The translations under genes were made by a program, and so were the position numbers. Shown piece after piece: positions 1 to 10,031 of a DNA stretch of 64,000 bases. The notes beneath the pieces are model-generated. The model worked only from the letters and a program-made list of their open reading frames with translations, was not told the DNA's origin and ran no database searches. Source of the stretch: Candidatus Eiseniibacteriota bacterium (GTDB lineage: Bacteria > Eisenbacteria > RBG-16-71-46); the NCBI GenBank assembly GCA_963744995.1, contig CAVUWA010000002.1, positions 160,001-224,000 of the forward strand. Reading direction: 5' to 3'. Position 1 is the first letter of the stretch, and each line of letters begins with the position of its first letter.

Positions 1-713
1 GCGAGTCTCCGGTCCGCCCCGACGCGTCGAAGCCGAGCACGTCGGCGATGTTCTGACTCCCGCCGGGCCCGGTGACGGTGATCGGGTAGGTGCCCCACAT
101 CTCGGTGCCGTCGAACATCAGCGCGGTGCTGGTCCAGGTTCCGCCTGGATCGTGCTCGACGTCGACGCTGCCGACGACGGCGCCGTCGTCGGGAGTCATG
201 AGCACGTAGCCGTCGGCGGGCGTGCTGAGCCACAGCAGGCTCCCGTCGATATTCCATCGCGATGACGGAGAGCAGTGCGCTCTGGTGCGAGGCGTCCAAC
301 GCGATCCCGCGTCGCTCCAGCACCCGGCTCGAGAACGTCGCGTCGAGCCCGCCGGGCGTGTACGTCAGCGTTCCCGCGAGGCTTCCGTCGGGGAGCACGC
401 CCGCGCGCAACGAAAGATCGGACGGACTCGACGAGTGCGCGGGATCGAGGCTCAGGAACAGCGAGTCAGCGGTCATGGTCCCGGTCACCCGCAGCGCACC
501 GGCGGCGCCCGATCCGAACAGGACCGACCCGGACACGGCCGTGTCGAGCCGCACCAGGTCGAGGATCACGTCACCGGGTGCGGGGGCACCGGCGTAGGCG
601 CCGATCCACGCCAGGTATTCGGGCGGAACGAGGTGATCTATCCCGATCCCGGTGTGCTTGCTGCATCCGGTCGTGACCAGACAGCCAACGACGAACAATT
701 GGAAGAGACGCAT
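1..713 (-). CDS. Putative lipoprotein, hypothetical (3' end runs off the window)
   Basis: Read manually: ATG at 713 after a GGAGAG RBS; MRLFQLFVVGCLVTTG-C lipobox-like signal; frame stays open to the left edge, so it is absent from the ORF track. Confidence 0.75.
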   Translation of the reverse strand, partial: MRLFQLFVVGCLVTTGCSKHTGIGIDHLVPPEYLAWIGAYAGAPAPGDVILDLVRLDTAVSGSVLFGSGAAGALRVTGTMTADSLFLSLDPAHSSSPSDLSLRAGVLPDGSLAGTLTYTPGGLDATFSSRVLERRGIALDASHQSALLSVIAMEYRREPAVAQHARRRLRAHDSRRRRRRRQRRRRARSRRNLDQHRADVRRHRDVGHLPDHRHRARRESEHRRRARLRRVGADRRL

Positions 714-859
714 GGTCCGCACTCTCCACGGTTCCGGACGGGGCCGGGGCAGGGGAGCAGAGCGCGTGTGGCGAACGACGTCCCCATTCTACCCCGCCGG
801 CCGCCCTGCGGGTCCAGCCATGCAGGGCGCCCGGGGCGGGCGGAGCGGCCCGCTCCGGC

Positions 860-1027
860 CTAGTGCTGGATCTGGATCACCGGGCTGTCGGGGGGAATCA
901 GGTAGCCCGTACGCGCCTCGTAGATCCCGAGCCCGATGCGCAGGGCGAGCAGTATCGCGGCGAGCGCGATCAGCCACCGCGGGGTGCGGCGCGTCGAGCC
1001 GGCGCCGTGGATCTCAGCCGGAGGCAT
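860..1027 (-). CDS. Small single-TM membrane protein (55 aa)
   Basis: Manual translation MPPAEIHGAGSTRRTPRWLIALAAILLALRIGLGIYEARTGYLIPPDSPVIQIQH*; overlaps the 3' end of the ABC permease gene; GC hairpins follow. Confidence 0.6.
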   Translation of the reverse strand: MPPAEIHGAGSTRRTPRWLIALAAILLALRIGLGIYEARTGYLIPPDSPVIQIQH

Positions 1028-1724
1028 AGGACAGCTCCCTGCGGTTCATGACCCACACGGCCACCGCGAGGCAGATGACCACCGTCGAGACGAACGAGGT
1101 GATCTCGAACCACGACGGCGACGTGGACTGGCTCAGCCGCGCCAGGTCGAGGCCGGGCGAGAGGAACCGCCCGAGCTCCTCGCCGGTGTGCCGCGCCCAG
1201 GCAGTGCCGGAGATCTGACCGCCGAGGCCGATCGCGCCGGCGACGATGCTGGCGAGCAGGTACAGGCCCAGGTCGCCGAAGCCGCCGATCAACGACGAGA
1301 ACAGCGTGAGCACCGACACGATGCCGATCGCAGCCAGCAGCTGCGTGCCGCCGAAGACCAGCACGGCGTTCAACTCCATGGGCATGCCGCGCGCCTCGAG
1401 GATCAGCGCGCCGCACGACACCTGCACCACGCTCAGCGCGGCGGCGAACATCAGGCAGCCGAGCCAGCGGCTCACGACGTAGCTCATCCGCGTCACCGGC
1501 CGCGCGAACAGCAGCTGCAGCACGCCGGCCGAGAGATCCTGGCCGATCAGCCCCGCGCCGATCACCAGCCCGAACTTGAAGCCGTTGTCGAGGCTCGCCA
1601 TGCCGGTCATCGGCAGGAACCAGAGTCCGAGGAGCGGCAGGAAGAAGCCGGCACCGACGAGCGCCATGCGCACCGGACTCTTCAGCCGCTGCATGATCGT
1701 GGTCATGACGAGCGTGCGGTTCAC
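1014..1724 (-). CDS. ABC-2 type transporter permease
   Basis: GTG start after GGGGAGAG; about 6 hydrophobic segments; 'GVLQLLFARPVTR...SRWLG' ABC-2 permease signature; downstream of an ABC ATPase. Confidence 0.85.
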   Translation of the reverse strand: MNRTLVMTTIMQRLKSPVRMALVGAGFFLPLLGLWFLPMTGMASLDNGFKFGLVIGAGLIGQDLSAGVLQLLFARPVTRMSYVVSRWLGCLMFAAALSVVQVSCGALILEARGMPMELNAVLVFGGTQLLAAIGIVSVLTLFSSLIGGFGDLGLYLLASIVAGAIGLGGQISGTAWARHTGEELGRFLSPGLDLARLSQSTSPSWFEITSFVSTVVICLAVAVWVMNRRELSYASG

Positions 1725-1776
1725 GATCTCTCTCCCCGGTTTCGCCTGGGCCCGGCGCGGCGCGCGGCGGGCGGCC

Positions 1777-2763
1777 TCACGACGCGCCTCCCGCGTCCGG
1801 CGGCATGTAGGAAGAAGCGGGCGAGCCCGTGTTCGCGGCCTCGGGTTCCATGAACAGCCGCTCGAGACGGCTTTCTTCCGCGGTGACCTCGGCGACCTCG
1901 ATGCCCGCGCGCACCAGCTCGGCCACCAGTCGCGCGGCGCCGGCGTCGTCGGCGACGTCGAAGCTCGCGGCGGTGGTGTCGTGCTGGCGCGGTGTCGCGC
2001 CGGCACGTGCCGCGGCGGCGGCCAGCGCTTCGGGGCCCGCCGCGCGACCTGCGACCCAGCGCACGCGCACGACGCGTGCATGCTGCGCGCCGGCGGCGAC
2101 GGTTTCGATCGCCTCGACGCGGCCGTTCTTCACGAACGCCACGCGGTCACACACGCGCTCGACCTGATCGAGCTGATGCGAGTTCAGGACCAGCGTCACG
2201 CCCTGCTGCTTGAGCTCGCCGAGCAGGCGCCGGAACAGCAGCACGCCGGCCGGGTCCACGCCCGATGCGGGTTCGTCGAGGAACACGTACTGCGGCGAGC
2301 CGAGCAGCGCCTGCGCGAGCCCCAGCCGCTGCAGCATGCCGCGCGAGAACTTCGCAATCGGTCGCCCCGCGGCATCGGCGTCGAGCCCCACGCGCTGGAG
2401 CGCGGCATCGGCATCGTCGGCGCGCCGCGCGTCGGGCAGCCGCGCGAGCGCGTGGTGGTAGTGCAGGAACTGCCGCCCCGTCATCCACCGGTCCATCACC
2501 AGCCGTTCGGGCAGGTAGCCGGTGCGGCCGCGTATCGCGAGATCGTCGGGCTCGAGCCCGTCGATGGTCACGCGCCCGGTGTCGGGCGTGAGGAACCCGA
2601 GCAGGCAGCCGAGGAACGTGGTCTTGCCGGCGCCATTGGGGCCGATGATCCCGAGCGCTTCGCCGGGCGCGACGGTCATGGACACGCCGTCCAGCGCGCG
2701 CACCTGTCCGCCGAAGCGCTTCCTGTAGCTCTTGGAGAGATTTTCCACCTGGATACCGGTCAT
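1777..2763 (-). CDS. ABC transporter ATP-binding protein
   Basis: Walker A GPNGAGKT, signature FSRGMLQR, Walker B VFLDEP, H-loop NSH; start chosen at MTGIQVENL with GGGGAG RBS. Confidence 0.93.
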   Translation of the reverse strand: MTGIQVENLSKSYRKRFGGQVRALDGVSMTVAPGEALGIIGPNGAGKTTFLGCLLGFLTPDTGRVTIDGLEPDDLAIRGRTGYLPERLVMDRWMTGRQFLHYHHALARLPDARRADDADAALQRVGLDADAAGRPIAKFSRGMLQRLGLAQALLGSPQYVFLDEPASGVDPAGVLLFRRLLGELKQQGVTLVLNSHQLDQVERVCDRVAFVKNGRVEAIETVAAGAQHARVVRVRWVAGRAAGPEALAAAAARAGATPRQHDTTAASFDVADDAGAARLVAELVRAGIEVAEVTAEESRLERLFMEPEAANTGSPASSYMPPDAGGAS

Positions 2764-2843
2764 GCGGGACTCCCCTGCGTCTTCATGACCCACCTACGGC
2801 CCCCGCTCCGCGAATGTTGCGAGCCCGGGCCGGGCGCCGGCGT

Positions 2844-3719
2844 TCAGCGTGCGACCGTCGCCGCCGGAATGGACTGGACGTACTGCCAGACCGCCGCCAG
2901 CTCGTCGTCGGTCATGTAGCCGAGCGCGGTCCACGGCATGCGATCCGCGTCGAGCTCGCGCCCGTCGGGCGTGCGGCCCTCGCGCATCGCGGTGCGGAAA
3001 TCGTCGAACGTCCAGCCGCGGGTCGTCCCCGCGCCGGTGACGTCGGGTCCGCCGAAGCTGGGGTCGGCCACGCCGTGGAGCTCGGGGCCGTGGCAGGTGC
3101 GGCAGGTCATGGCGAGGTAGCGGCCGTATTCGACGTCCACTTCGCGCACCGGCTCGGCCGGATGCTGCGCGTGATCCACGTGTTCGGCTTCGATCGGCAG
3201 CACGCCGGCGCCGATCAGCATGCGTGCGATCGGACGCACTTCCGTCTTCGGCAGCTCGTGCGTGGCCGGCGGCAGCCGGGTCGCGTAGGCGATCATCCGG
3301 CTCACGTCGCTGTCGGCGAGATGCTGGTACTCGAGTGCCGGCATGATCAGGATCGGCCGCCCGTCCCGGTGGATCCCGTGCCGTATCGCGCGCACCCAGT
3401 CGGCGGGGGTGAAGCCGGTGGTCGCGCTGGTCTTCCCCGGGCCGAGTTGCGGCGCGATCACCCGCGCGAAGTTCGGCGCGTCGATCATCACGCGGCCCTC
3501 GAGATCGGCGCCGTGACAGGCGACACACGCGAACACCTTCGTCAGCCGGCCGCCCTCGGCGATGGATGCCGAGTCCGACGGCACCTCGATCGAGGCGACC
3601 TGCACGTGGAAGCGGTGCTCGATCCTGCGCCCGCCGTTCCACCACACGATGGCGAGCAGCACGATCACCACGACGACGAGTCCGCCGACGATCGCGGCGG
3701 CGATGCGCAGGAATCTCAT
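2844..3719 (-). CDS. Membrane-anchored diheme c-type cytochrome
   Basis: N-terminal TM; two CxxCH motifs (CVACH, CRTCH), each followed by an MP axial-Met motif. Confidence 0.88.
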   Translation of the reverse strand: MRFLRIAAAIVGGLVVVVIVLLAIVWWNGGRRIEHRFHVQVASIEVPSDSASIAEGGRLTKVFACVACHGADLEGRVMIDAPNFARVIAPQLGPGKTSATTGFTPADWVRAIRHGIHRDGRPILIMPALEYQHLADSDVSRMIAYATRLPPATHELPKTEVRPIARMLIGAGVLPIEAEHVDHAQHPAEPVREVDVEYGRYLAMTCRTCHGPELHGVADPSFGGPDVTGAGTTRGWTFDDFRTAMREGRTPDGRELDADRMPWTALGYMTDDELAAVWQYVQSIPAATVAR

Positions 3720-3772
3720 GAAGGATTCTCCAGCAGGGAACGCGGCGCGGGGCGGCGCCGTTGCACCCAATG

Positions 3773-3803
3773 AAAAGGCCCCGGGAGAACACCGGGGCCC
3801 TTC
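3773..3803 (-). terminator. Rho-independent terminator after hup
   Basis: Minus strand reads GGGCCCCGG-tgttctc-CCGGGGCC followed by TTTT, about 20 nt after the HU stop. Confidence 0.75.
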
Positions 3804-3822
3804 ACGAAACCGCCGGCGCTCT

Positions 3823-4110
3823 CTACTTGAGCGCGAGCTCCTTCATGGCCTTCGCGATGCGGAACTTGAGGACGGTCTTGGCCGGGATCTTGATCGGCTC
3901 GCCCGTCTGCGGGTTGCGGCCCATGCGAGCCTTGCGCTTCACGACGACGAGCTTTCCGACGCCGGGGAACGTGAAGCCCCTGCGCGCTTCCTTCGCGGCG
4001 AGCGTCGCCAGCTCTTCGAGAATCGCGGTGCTCTGCTTCTTCGTGAGCTCGAACTTCGTCGCGATGTGGCCCGCGATCTGCGACTTCGTCATCATCTTGG
4101 CCTTGGCCAT
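3823..4110 (-). CDS. hup: HU family DNA-binding protein
   Basis: MTKSQI...FPGVGKLVVVKRKARMGRNPQTGEPIKIPAKTVLKFR HU/IHF signature; GGAAGGA RBS. Confidence 0.96.
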   Translation of the reverse strand: MAKAKMMTKSQIAGHIATKFELTKKQSTAILEELATLAAKEARRGFTFPGVGKLVVVKRKARMGRNPQTGEPIKIPAKTVLKFRIAKAMKELALK

Positions 4111-4189
4111 TGGGTGATCCTTCCTTGGGCTGGATGTGAACAGCGGCTCGAAATCTTGGCGGCGCCAATGGGCGCCGTTGCCGCGTGTG

Positions 4190-4217
4190 GGTATATCAAG
4201 TGCAACCGCGGTTTCAA
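4190..4217 (-). promoter_or_regulatory. Candidate sigma70 promoter of hup
   Basis: Minus strand TTGAAA-N16-TATACC with an extended -10 TG, in an AT-richer patch. Confidence 0.35.
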
Positions 4218-4374
4218 AGGCTTTTCTTGGCCCCGGGGGCGTTTCGACCTTGATTCATGCGGGCGAAACGGCATGCAACATCCGGGCCGCGTCTCGCGCG
4301 GTCGAAACGATCCTCCATGAAGCACGACGCCCCGGCCGGGAGAACCGGTCGGGGCGTCGTCGCCGGAGGCATTC

Positions 4375-6978
4375 TCACTCGATCCGAACGAGTCTCGATG
4401 TCGCGACCGCACCCTCGCCGCTCGCCCGCACGAAGTACATCCCGGCACCGAGCGGACGTCCGGCATCGTCGGTTCCGTTCCACTCGAAGGCGTGATCTCC
4501 GGGTGCGAACGTGCCGCGTGCGAGCGCACGCACCCGCCGTCCCATCGCATCGTAGATGTCGATGCGAACGGCGGTTGCGCTGGAAACTTCCAGCGAAAGG
4601 TGCGCGACGCCGCGGCTCGGGTTGGGGCGTGGCGCGGCGAGCGCAAGGCGCCGGGGAGCGGTCTGCGGTTCGACCGCGACCGGCAGGCTGGTGAGGTCGA
4701 GCCGCCACTGCGAGCGGCCGTGCGTCGCCGCGACCAGCGTTCGGGATCCTTCATGAAGCGTCAGATCGAAGATGGTCTGCAGCGGCATCCCGATTCCGAG
4801 GGGGTACCAGCCGGCGCCCAGGTTCCGGGTCGCGAACATGCCGACGTCGGTCCCCAGGTAGAGCGTGTTCGGGTCGTCCGGGTCCACCAGGATGTCGTTC
4901 GCCGGGGCGTCCGGCAGGTTTCCGGCGATGGAAGTCCAGGTGTCGCCGAGGTTCGTGCTGCGGTGGACGTGGGCCATGGGTTCATCCATGCCGAACCCCG
5001 AATGCGTCACGTAAACCACGTTGCTGTCCGCCGGATCGGCGGTGACCCGGGTGACGTAGCGCACCGGCAGGCCGGCCGAGATGTCCTCCCAGCTCGATCC
5101 GGCGTCGCGCGAACGCCACACCTTGCCGTCGTCGGTGCCGGCGAAGTAGATGCGCGGGCTGACCGGCGAGATCGCCAGCGTGGTGATGGTCCCGTAGAGC
5201 AGCTCGGTCGGCGGATTCGTGGTCAGGTCGCCGCTCACGATCGAATAGCTGACGCCGTTGTTCGTACTCTTGTAGACCCGCTGGCTGCCGACCAGCACGA
5301 CGTTGTGGTTGCCCGGATCCATGACGAACGGGGTGGACCAGTTGAACCGATCCGAGCCGACGATCCCGCCCGGAGCGGCGAAGCTGCTCCCGCCGTTCAC
5401 CGAGCGCCGCGGCCCGGTGTTGCTGCAGCAGAACTGATACTCGGCCAGGATGACGTTCGGGTTGGTCGGGTCGATCAGGCAGTAGAAGCCGTCGCCGCCG
5501 AGGATCGGGCTCCATGCCGTGGGCGAGCCGCCGGTGATCAGCGTGTTGTTGTCCTGCGTGCCGCCGACCAGGCGCGCGGGATTCGACGGATCGATGTCCG
5601 CGGCGTAGAACTGCGTGATCGGCAGGTCCACCGACTTGCTCCAGCTCGAGCCGCCATTCACCGAGGAATAGAAGCCGCCGTCGTTGCCGAGGTAGATCCG
5701 CGACGGGTTCGTGGGATCGAACCAGATCGCATGCTGGTCGGGGTGAGCGGCGCCGCTGAAGTTCGAGAACGTCTGCCCGCCGTCGGTCGAGCGCGCGATG
5801 GTGACCCCCATGGCCCACACCTGGTCCGAGATGAACGGATTCACGCCGATCGCACCGAAGTACCAGGAGAAGCCGCCGAAGATCCCGGTGAAGCCGGACA
5901 CGTCGCGGCGCGCCCAGGTCTCGCCGCCGTCCTCGGTGCGGTACATGCCGAGCCCGGCGTAGCCGAGGGCCGCGCCGGTGACGATCTGCGCGTAGACGAT
6001 CGAGGGGTTCGAGTTCGCGATCGCGAGACCGATGCGGCCGACGTCGTCGGACGGCGCCGGCAGTCCGGTCTGCAGCCGGGTCCAGGTCTCGCCGTGGTCC
6101 GCACTCCGCCAGATCCCGCAGCCGGGGCCGTACGCGCGGCGGTAGGTCGGCCGCCGCACGCGTTCCCAGGTCGCCGCGTAGAGGGTCTCCGGATGCGCCG
6201 GGTTCACCACCACGTCGGCGACGCCGGTGCTGTCGTTCACGAACAGCACCTGGCTCCAGGTCTGGCCGCCGTCTTCGCTGCGGTAGAGCCCGCGATTGGA
6301 GTCGGTCGAGAACTGCCGTCCCATCGCCGCGACGTAGATTCGGCTCGAGTTCTGCGGATCGATCGCGACCCGCCCGATGCGCGCGGTTGCATCCAGCCCG
6401 AGGTGCGCCCAGCTCAGCGTCGCGTCGTCCCAGCGCCACAGTCCGTTGCCGTCGTAGGAATCCACCGACGAGTTGGCCTCGCCGGTGCCGACGTACACGA
6501 GGTCGGAGTCGTTCGGATCGATCGCCAGCGCGCCGATCGAGAAGAACGGCATATCGTCGCTGATCGCGTTCCAGTTGGCGCCCGAGTTGACGGACCGGAA
6601 CACGCCGCCGTTGGCCGAAGCCAGATAGACGGTCGCCCCGCCCGGCACGGCGTCGAGTGCGGTGACCCGGCCGCCGATGTTGTACGGCCCGGCCTGCGTC
6701 CACACCGGCTGGGCGATGCCGCTGGTGGAGAGCGACGCCGCGGCGCGCTCGGCCAGCGCCTGAGAGGCCGCCTGCCGGAACGTTTCCTGAGGAATGTGGT
6801 CGTAGGGCCATGCGCGCTGCACGCCGAACCAGTCGGTGGGGAACGGACCCTGATGCTGGTCTGCGGAGCGGCTGGAGTCCGCAGCAGGGCGTCGCGCGGG
6901 CTGGAGGGTGATGACTGCGACGGCCGTCGCGGCGAGCGCGACGCCGGTCAAAAGGCCGATCGAGAGCCTCGAACGCAT
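4375..6978 (-). CDS. Secreted VPS10/sortilin-like BNR (Asp-box) beta-propeller protein with C-terminal FlgD-Ig/T9SS-like tail
   Basis: Signal peptide; 'GPYNIGGRVTAL'; many S.DGG.TW Asp-boxes; 'HPDQH', 'GGTQDNN'; tail PRPNPSRG...IYDAMGRRVR...WNGTDDAG...AGMYFVR. Confidence 0.88.
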   Translation of the reverse strand: MRSRLSIGLLTGVALAATAVAVITLQPARRPAADSSRSADQHQGPFPTDWFGVQRAWPYDHIPQETFRQAASQALAERAAASLSTSGIAQPVWTQAGPYNIGGRVTALDAVPGGATVYLASANGGVFRSVNSGANWNAISDDMPFFSIGALAIDPNDSDLVYVGTGEANSSVDSYDGNGLWRWDDATLSWAHLGLDATARIGRVAIDPQNSSRIYVAAMGRQFSTDSNRGLYRSEDGGQTWSQVLFVNDSTGVADVVVNPAHPETLYAATWERVRRPTYRRAYGPGCGIWRSADHGETWTRLQTGLPAPSDDVGRIGLAIANSNPSIVYAQIVTGAALGYAGLGMYRTEDGGETWARRDVSGFTGIFGGFSWYFGAIGVNPFISDQVWAMGVTIARSTDGGQTFSNFSGAAHPDQHAIWFDPTNPSRIYLGNDGGFYSSVNGGSSWSKSVDLPITQFYAADIDPSNPARLVGGTQDNNTLITGGSPTAWSPILGGDGFYCLIDPTNPNVILAEYQFCCSNTGPRRSVNGGSSFAAPGGIVGSDRFNWSTPFVMDPGNHNVVLVGSQRVYKSTNNGVSYSIVSGDLTTNPPTELLYGTITTLAISPVSPRIYFAGTDDGKVWRSRDAGSSWEDISAGLPVRYVTRVTADPADSNVVYVTHSGFGMDEPMAHVHRSTNLGDTWTSIAGNLPDAPANDILVDPDDPNTLYLGTDVGMFATRNLGAGWYPLGIGMPLQTIFDLTLHEGSRTLVAATHGRSQWRLDLTSLPVAVEPQTAPRRLALAAPRPNPSRGVAHLSLEVSSATAVRIDIYDAMGRRVRALARGTFAPGDHAFEWNGTDDAGRPLGAGMYFVRASGEGAVATSRLVRIE

Positions 6979-7124
6979 GCGAACTCCTGATCTGAGGTGT
7001 GCGCGGGATGGACCCGCGCGAGGCTGCGGGAGACCAGAAGTCTACTATATGTAATGGGCCGCGAAGGCTGTTTCCTCGCAATCTCCGTGACTCCACGCAC
7101 CGGCTTCTCTAGATTCCCCGCACC

Positions 7125-8474
7125 ATGCGCGTCATGAAATTCGGCGGCACCTCGGTGGGCCGCCCCGCCAACTTCGCCACGCTCGTCCGGCTCGTGCGCG
7201 AATGCGCGGCCGAAGGGCCGATCACCGTGGTCGTGAGCGCCATCGCCGGGGTCACCGACGAGCTGGCGCAGTTCGCGGCCGACCCGGGAACGCGCCCGCG
7301 CCTCACGGAGGCCGTCGGCGCACGGCACCTGGCGTTCGCCACCGAAACCGGCGTGCCCGCGGCCGCGCTCGAGCCACGCCTCGCCGAATGGCGGGCGTGG
7401 GCGGAGGTGCACGGCGCGGGCCCTGCGCTCACCGGCGCCGAGCGCGATCGCACGCTGGCGTTCGGCGAGCAGTTCGCGGCGGACCTGGTGGCCGCGGCGC
7501 TCCGGGAGAGCGGCGTGGAAGCGAAGGCATGGAGCGCCGGCGACGCCGGGCTCGTGACCGACGCGCGCTTCGGCGCCGCGCATCCGCTGCCCGAGGCCGA
7601 CCATCGCCTGCGCTCGTGGGCGGGCCGCGTGAAGGGCGTCGCGGTGGTCACCGGCTTCATCGGCATCGCGCTCGACGGGCGCATCACCACGCTCGGGCGC
7701 GGCGGTTCGGATTACAGCGCCGCGATCATCGGCGCGGCGATCGGCGCCGAGGAGATCCAGATCTGGACCGACACCAGCGGGCTGCTGACCGCCGATCCGC
7801 GTGTCGTTCCGGACGCCCGGCCGGTGCCGCGGCTCACGTTCGGCGAGGCCGGCGAACTCGCCTACTTCGGCGCCAAGGTGTTGCACCCGAAGACGCTGCT
7901 GCCGGCGATCGAGCACGGTATTCCGGTGCGGATCCTCAACACCGGCCGGCCCGGCGATCCCGGCACCCGGATCACCCGCGAGATCGGTGAAAGCCCCGAG
8001 CCCTGGGGCGTGCGTTCGATCGCCAGCAAGCGCGGCATCACCGCGGTCACGATCGTGTCCACGCGCATGCTGCTCGCGCACGGATTCCTGGCGAGAATCT
8101 TCGAAGTCTTCGGCCGGCACCAGATCGTCGTGGATCTGGTGACGACGTCGGAGGTCTCGATCTCGGTCACCGTGGATGACGAGACCCACCTGGGCTCCGC
8201 ACTCGACGAACTCGAGGGGACCGGTCACGTCGAGGTGAAGCGCGGCCTCGCCGTGGTCGCGGTCGTGGGAGAGCGCGCCCCGAAGAGAGTGGGTCTGGCC
8301 GGCCGGGTCTTCGACCTGCTTGGACGGGAGAACATCGTGATCGAGATGATCTCCCAGGGCGCCTCACGCGTGAACATCTCGTTCGTCGTCGCCGAGAACG
8401 ACGCCGACAGGGCAGTGCGGGCGCTGCACGCCGGGCTGGGGCTGGGGGCCATGGCGGCGACGGCGAAGCGCTGA
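7125..8474 (+). CDS. lysC: Aspartate kinase (lysine-sensitive AK-III-like, two ACT domains)
   Basis: MRVMKFGGTSVG, VVVSAIAGVTD, TTLGRGGSDYSA, IWTD, LAYFGAKVLHP, ACT domains (TSEVSIS, MISQGASRVNIS). Confidence 0.95.
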   Translation: MRVMKFGGTSVGRPANFATLVRLVRECAAEGPITVVVSAIAGVTDELAQFAADPGTRPRLTEAVGARHLAFATETGVPAAALEPRLAEWRAWAEVHGAGPALTGAERDRTLAFGEQFAADLVAAALRESGVEAKAWSAGDAGLVTDARFGAAHPLPEADHRLRSWAGRVKGVAVVTGFIGIALDGRITTLGRGGSDYSAAIIGAAIGAEEIQIWTDTSGLLTADPRVVPDARPVPRLTFGEAGELAYFGAKVLHPKTLLPAIEHGIPVRILNTGRPGDPGTRITREIGESPEPWGVRSIASKRGITAVTIVSTRMLLAHGFLARIFEVFGRHQIVVDLVTTSEVSISVTVDDETHLGSALDELEGTGHVEVKRGLAVVAVVGERAPKRVGLAGRVFDLLGRENIVIEMISQGASRVNISFVVAENDADRAVRALHAGLGLGAMAATAKR

Positions 8475-8542
8475 GCCCGCATGGGGCGGGACACCACGAC
8501 GGCGTCCCGCGTCCCGCGGCGCGGCGGCCCGGGGAAACGCAC

Positions 8543-8959
8543 GTGACCGACGAAGAGCTCCTGGAACGATTCGAGCGCCAGGCCGTCCCGGCCGATGCGT
8601 GGAACCACCGCGCGCATCTGAGGGTGGCGTATCTGTACCTTCGAAGATTCGAATTCGAGACCGCGCTGCAGCGCATGCGCGCCGGAATTCGCGCCCTGAA
8701 CGCGGCACACGACGTGCCGGACTCGCGGACGTCCGGCTATCACGAGACGGTGACGCACGCCTGGCTGCGCATCCTGTCGGGCGCACTCGAGGCGCACGGC
8801 CCCGCCGCAACGTCGGCGGCCTTTCTCGATCTGCACCCGGAGCTGTCGCAAAGGACGCTGCTGCGCCGGTTCTATTCGCGCGACCGGATCATGACGCTCG
8901 AGGCGAAACGCAAGTTCGTGGCGCCGGACCTGGCGCCGCTGCCGAAACCAACGGACTGA
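8543..8959 (+). CDS. Conserved hypothetical protein (H..HLR / YHETVT motifs)
   Basis: WNHRAHLRVAYLYL...GYHETVTHAW...PDLAPLP pattern of a widespread uncharacterised family; coding-like codon use. Confidence 0.75.
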   Translation: MTDEELLERFERQAVPADAWNHRAHLRVAYLYLRRFEFETALQRMRAGIRALNAAHDVPDSRTSGYHETVTHAWLRILSGALEAHGPAATSAAFLDLHPELSQRTLLRRFYSRDRIMTLEAKRKFVAPDLAPLPKPTD

Positions 8960-8979
8960 GCGCCGCCGGAATGGCTGGC

Positions 8980-9585
8980 CTACTGCGCTCCGCGCGGCTT
9001 CCGCTCGTACGTCGCGTCGAACACGCTGGTCCACATCTCGCCGCCGTCGGTCGAGACCTGGATCCACTGCCGCACCGTGCCGTCGAAGTTCGGGATGAGC
9101 GAGGTGCGGTCGAGGTAGCTGCCGCCGTCGGCACGCGTGATCTCGCCCTGGAAGCGCACGCCGCCGCCTTTGAGGTGCTCGACGAGGGTCTTCTCCTTGA
9201 GACCGCCGGGGGCGTAGGCGGACTCCGTGACCCACACCTGATGCCAGGTCTGCGCGTTCGAGTCGTAGTAGAAGAGACTCTTGCCCTCGCTGCCGTCGGC
9301 CGCGACCCAGTTCTCCATGATGGCGCAGCCTTTCAGGATCTTGACGATGCGATTGGTGCCGACGATCCGGTTGCCGGCCCTGACGGTCCAGTTGCCGAGC
9401 CAGAAGTCGAGTTCGTGGAAACCGGGATCGTCGTCGCAGGAGTGGATCTTGCGCGCTTCTGCCTGCCCTGCGCCGGATTCCGAGTCGTCGTTCTGCGCGA
9501 AGACGGTCTGCGGGCAGATGATGAGCGCGGACATCGCGATCAGCATCAGGCCCGCGAAGTGCACGAAACGTCGTGGGGTGCTCAA
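8980..9585 (-). CDS. Secreted beta-barrel hypothetical protein (DUF1579-like, 'DFWLGNW' family)
   Basis: TTG start after AAGGAGG; signal peptide ending VFA; LDFWLGNWTV...GCAIMENW...GKSLFYYD...WHQVWV...STDGGEMW. Confidence 0.75.
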   Translation of the reverse strand: MSTPRRFVHFAGLMLIAMSALIICPQTVFAQNDDSESGAGQAEARKIHSCDDDPGFHELDFWLGNWTVRAGNRIVGTNRIVKILKGCAIMENWVAADGSEGKSLFYYDSNAQTWHQVWVTESAYAPGGLKEKTLVEHLKGGGVRFQGEITRADGGSYLDRTSLIPNFDGTVRQWIQVSTDGGEMWTSVFDATYERKPRGAQ

Positions 9586-10031
9586 GTTCTTCCTCCTTGA
9601 ATGATCCTGGCTCCGGTGGCGGATGTGCCTTCGCGGCATGTATAGGCGAAGCGCGCACCATCATAGCCGAGTGGGCTGCAGACGGGTTCCCGCGGTCTGG
9701 CCCACACTGATCCCTCGGTCGCGCCTGGGCCCGGCCGCGACCATGTCCACGGATGGCGCGCGACGTCACGTCGCGGGCCGCGAAGCCCGGTCTGGACCCA
9801 TTATTCTTCTTGACGCGTTCGAGAGGTGCGCTTGTCCAGGCCCGGCGGCCCCGCAGGGATGGCGCCTGATCGCTCACGGCTCGTGCGCTGACGGCTCTTC
9901 GAGACGTACTTCGAAATGCGTGTGACGTCGGGCCGCGTTCTGCGCGCGGGGTCGAGCTGCGTGCGTCGAAAACGGGCGTGCTATGAAAGAGGTGCGCTCC
10001 CGCGCAACCCGCCCCCGCGGAGTGAAGTTTC

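Noticed and set aside
6979..7124. Lysine riboswitch upstream of lysC
   Set aside because: The divergent intergenic region is only about 145 nt and shows no recognisable L-box motifs
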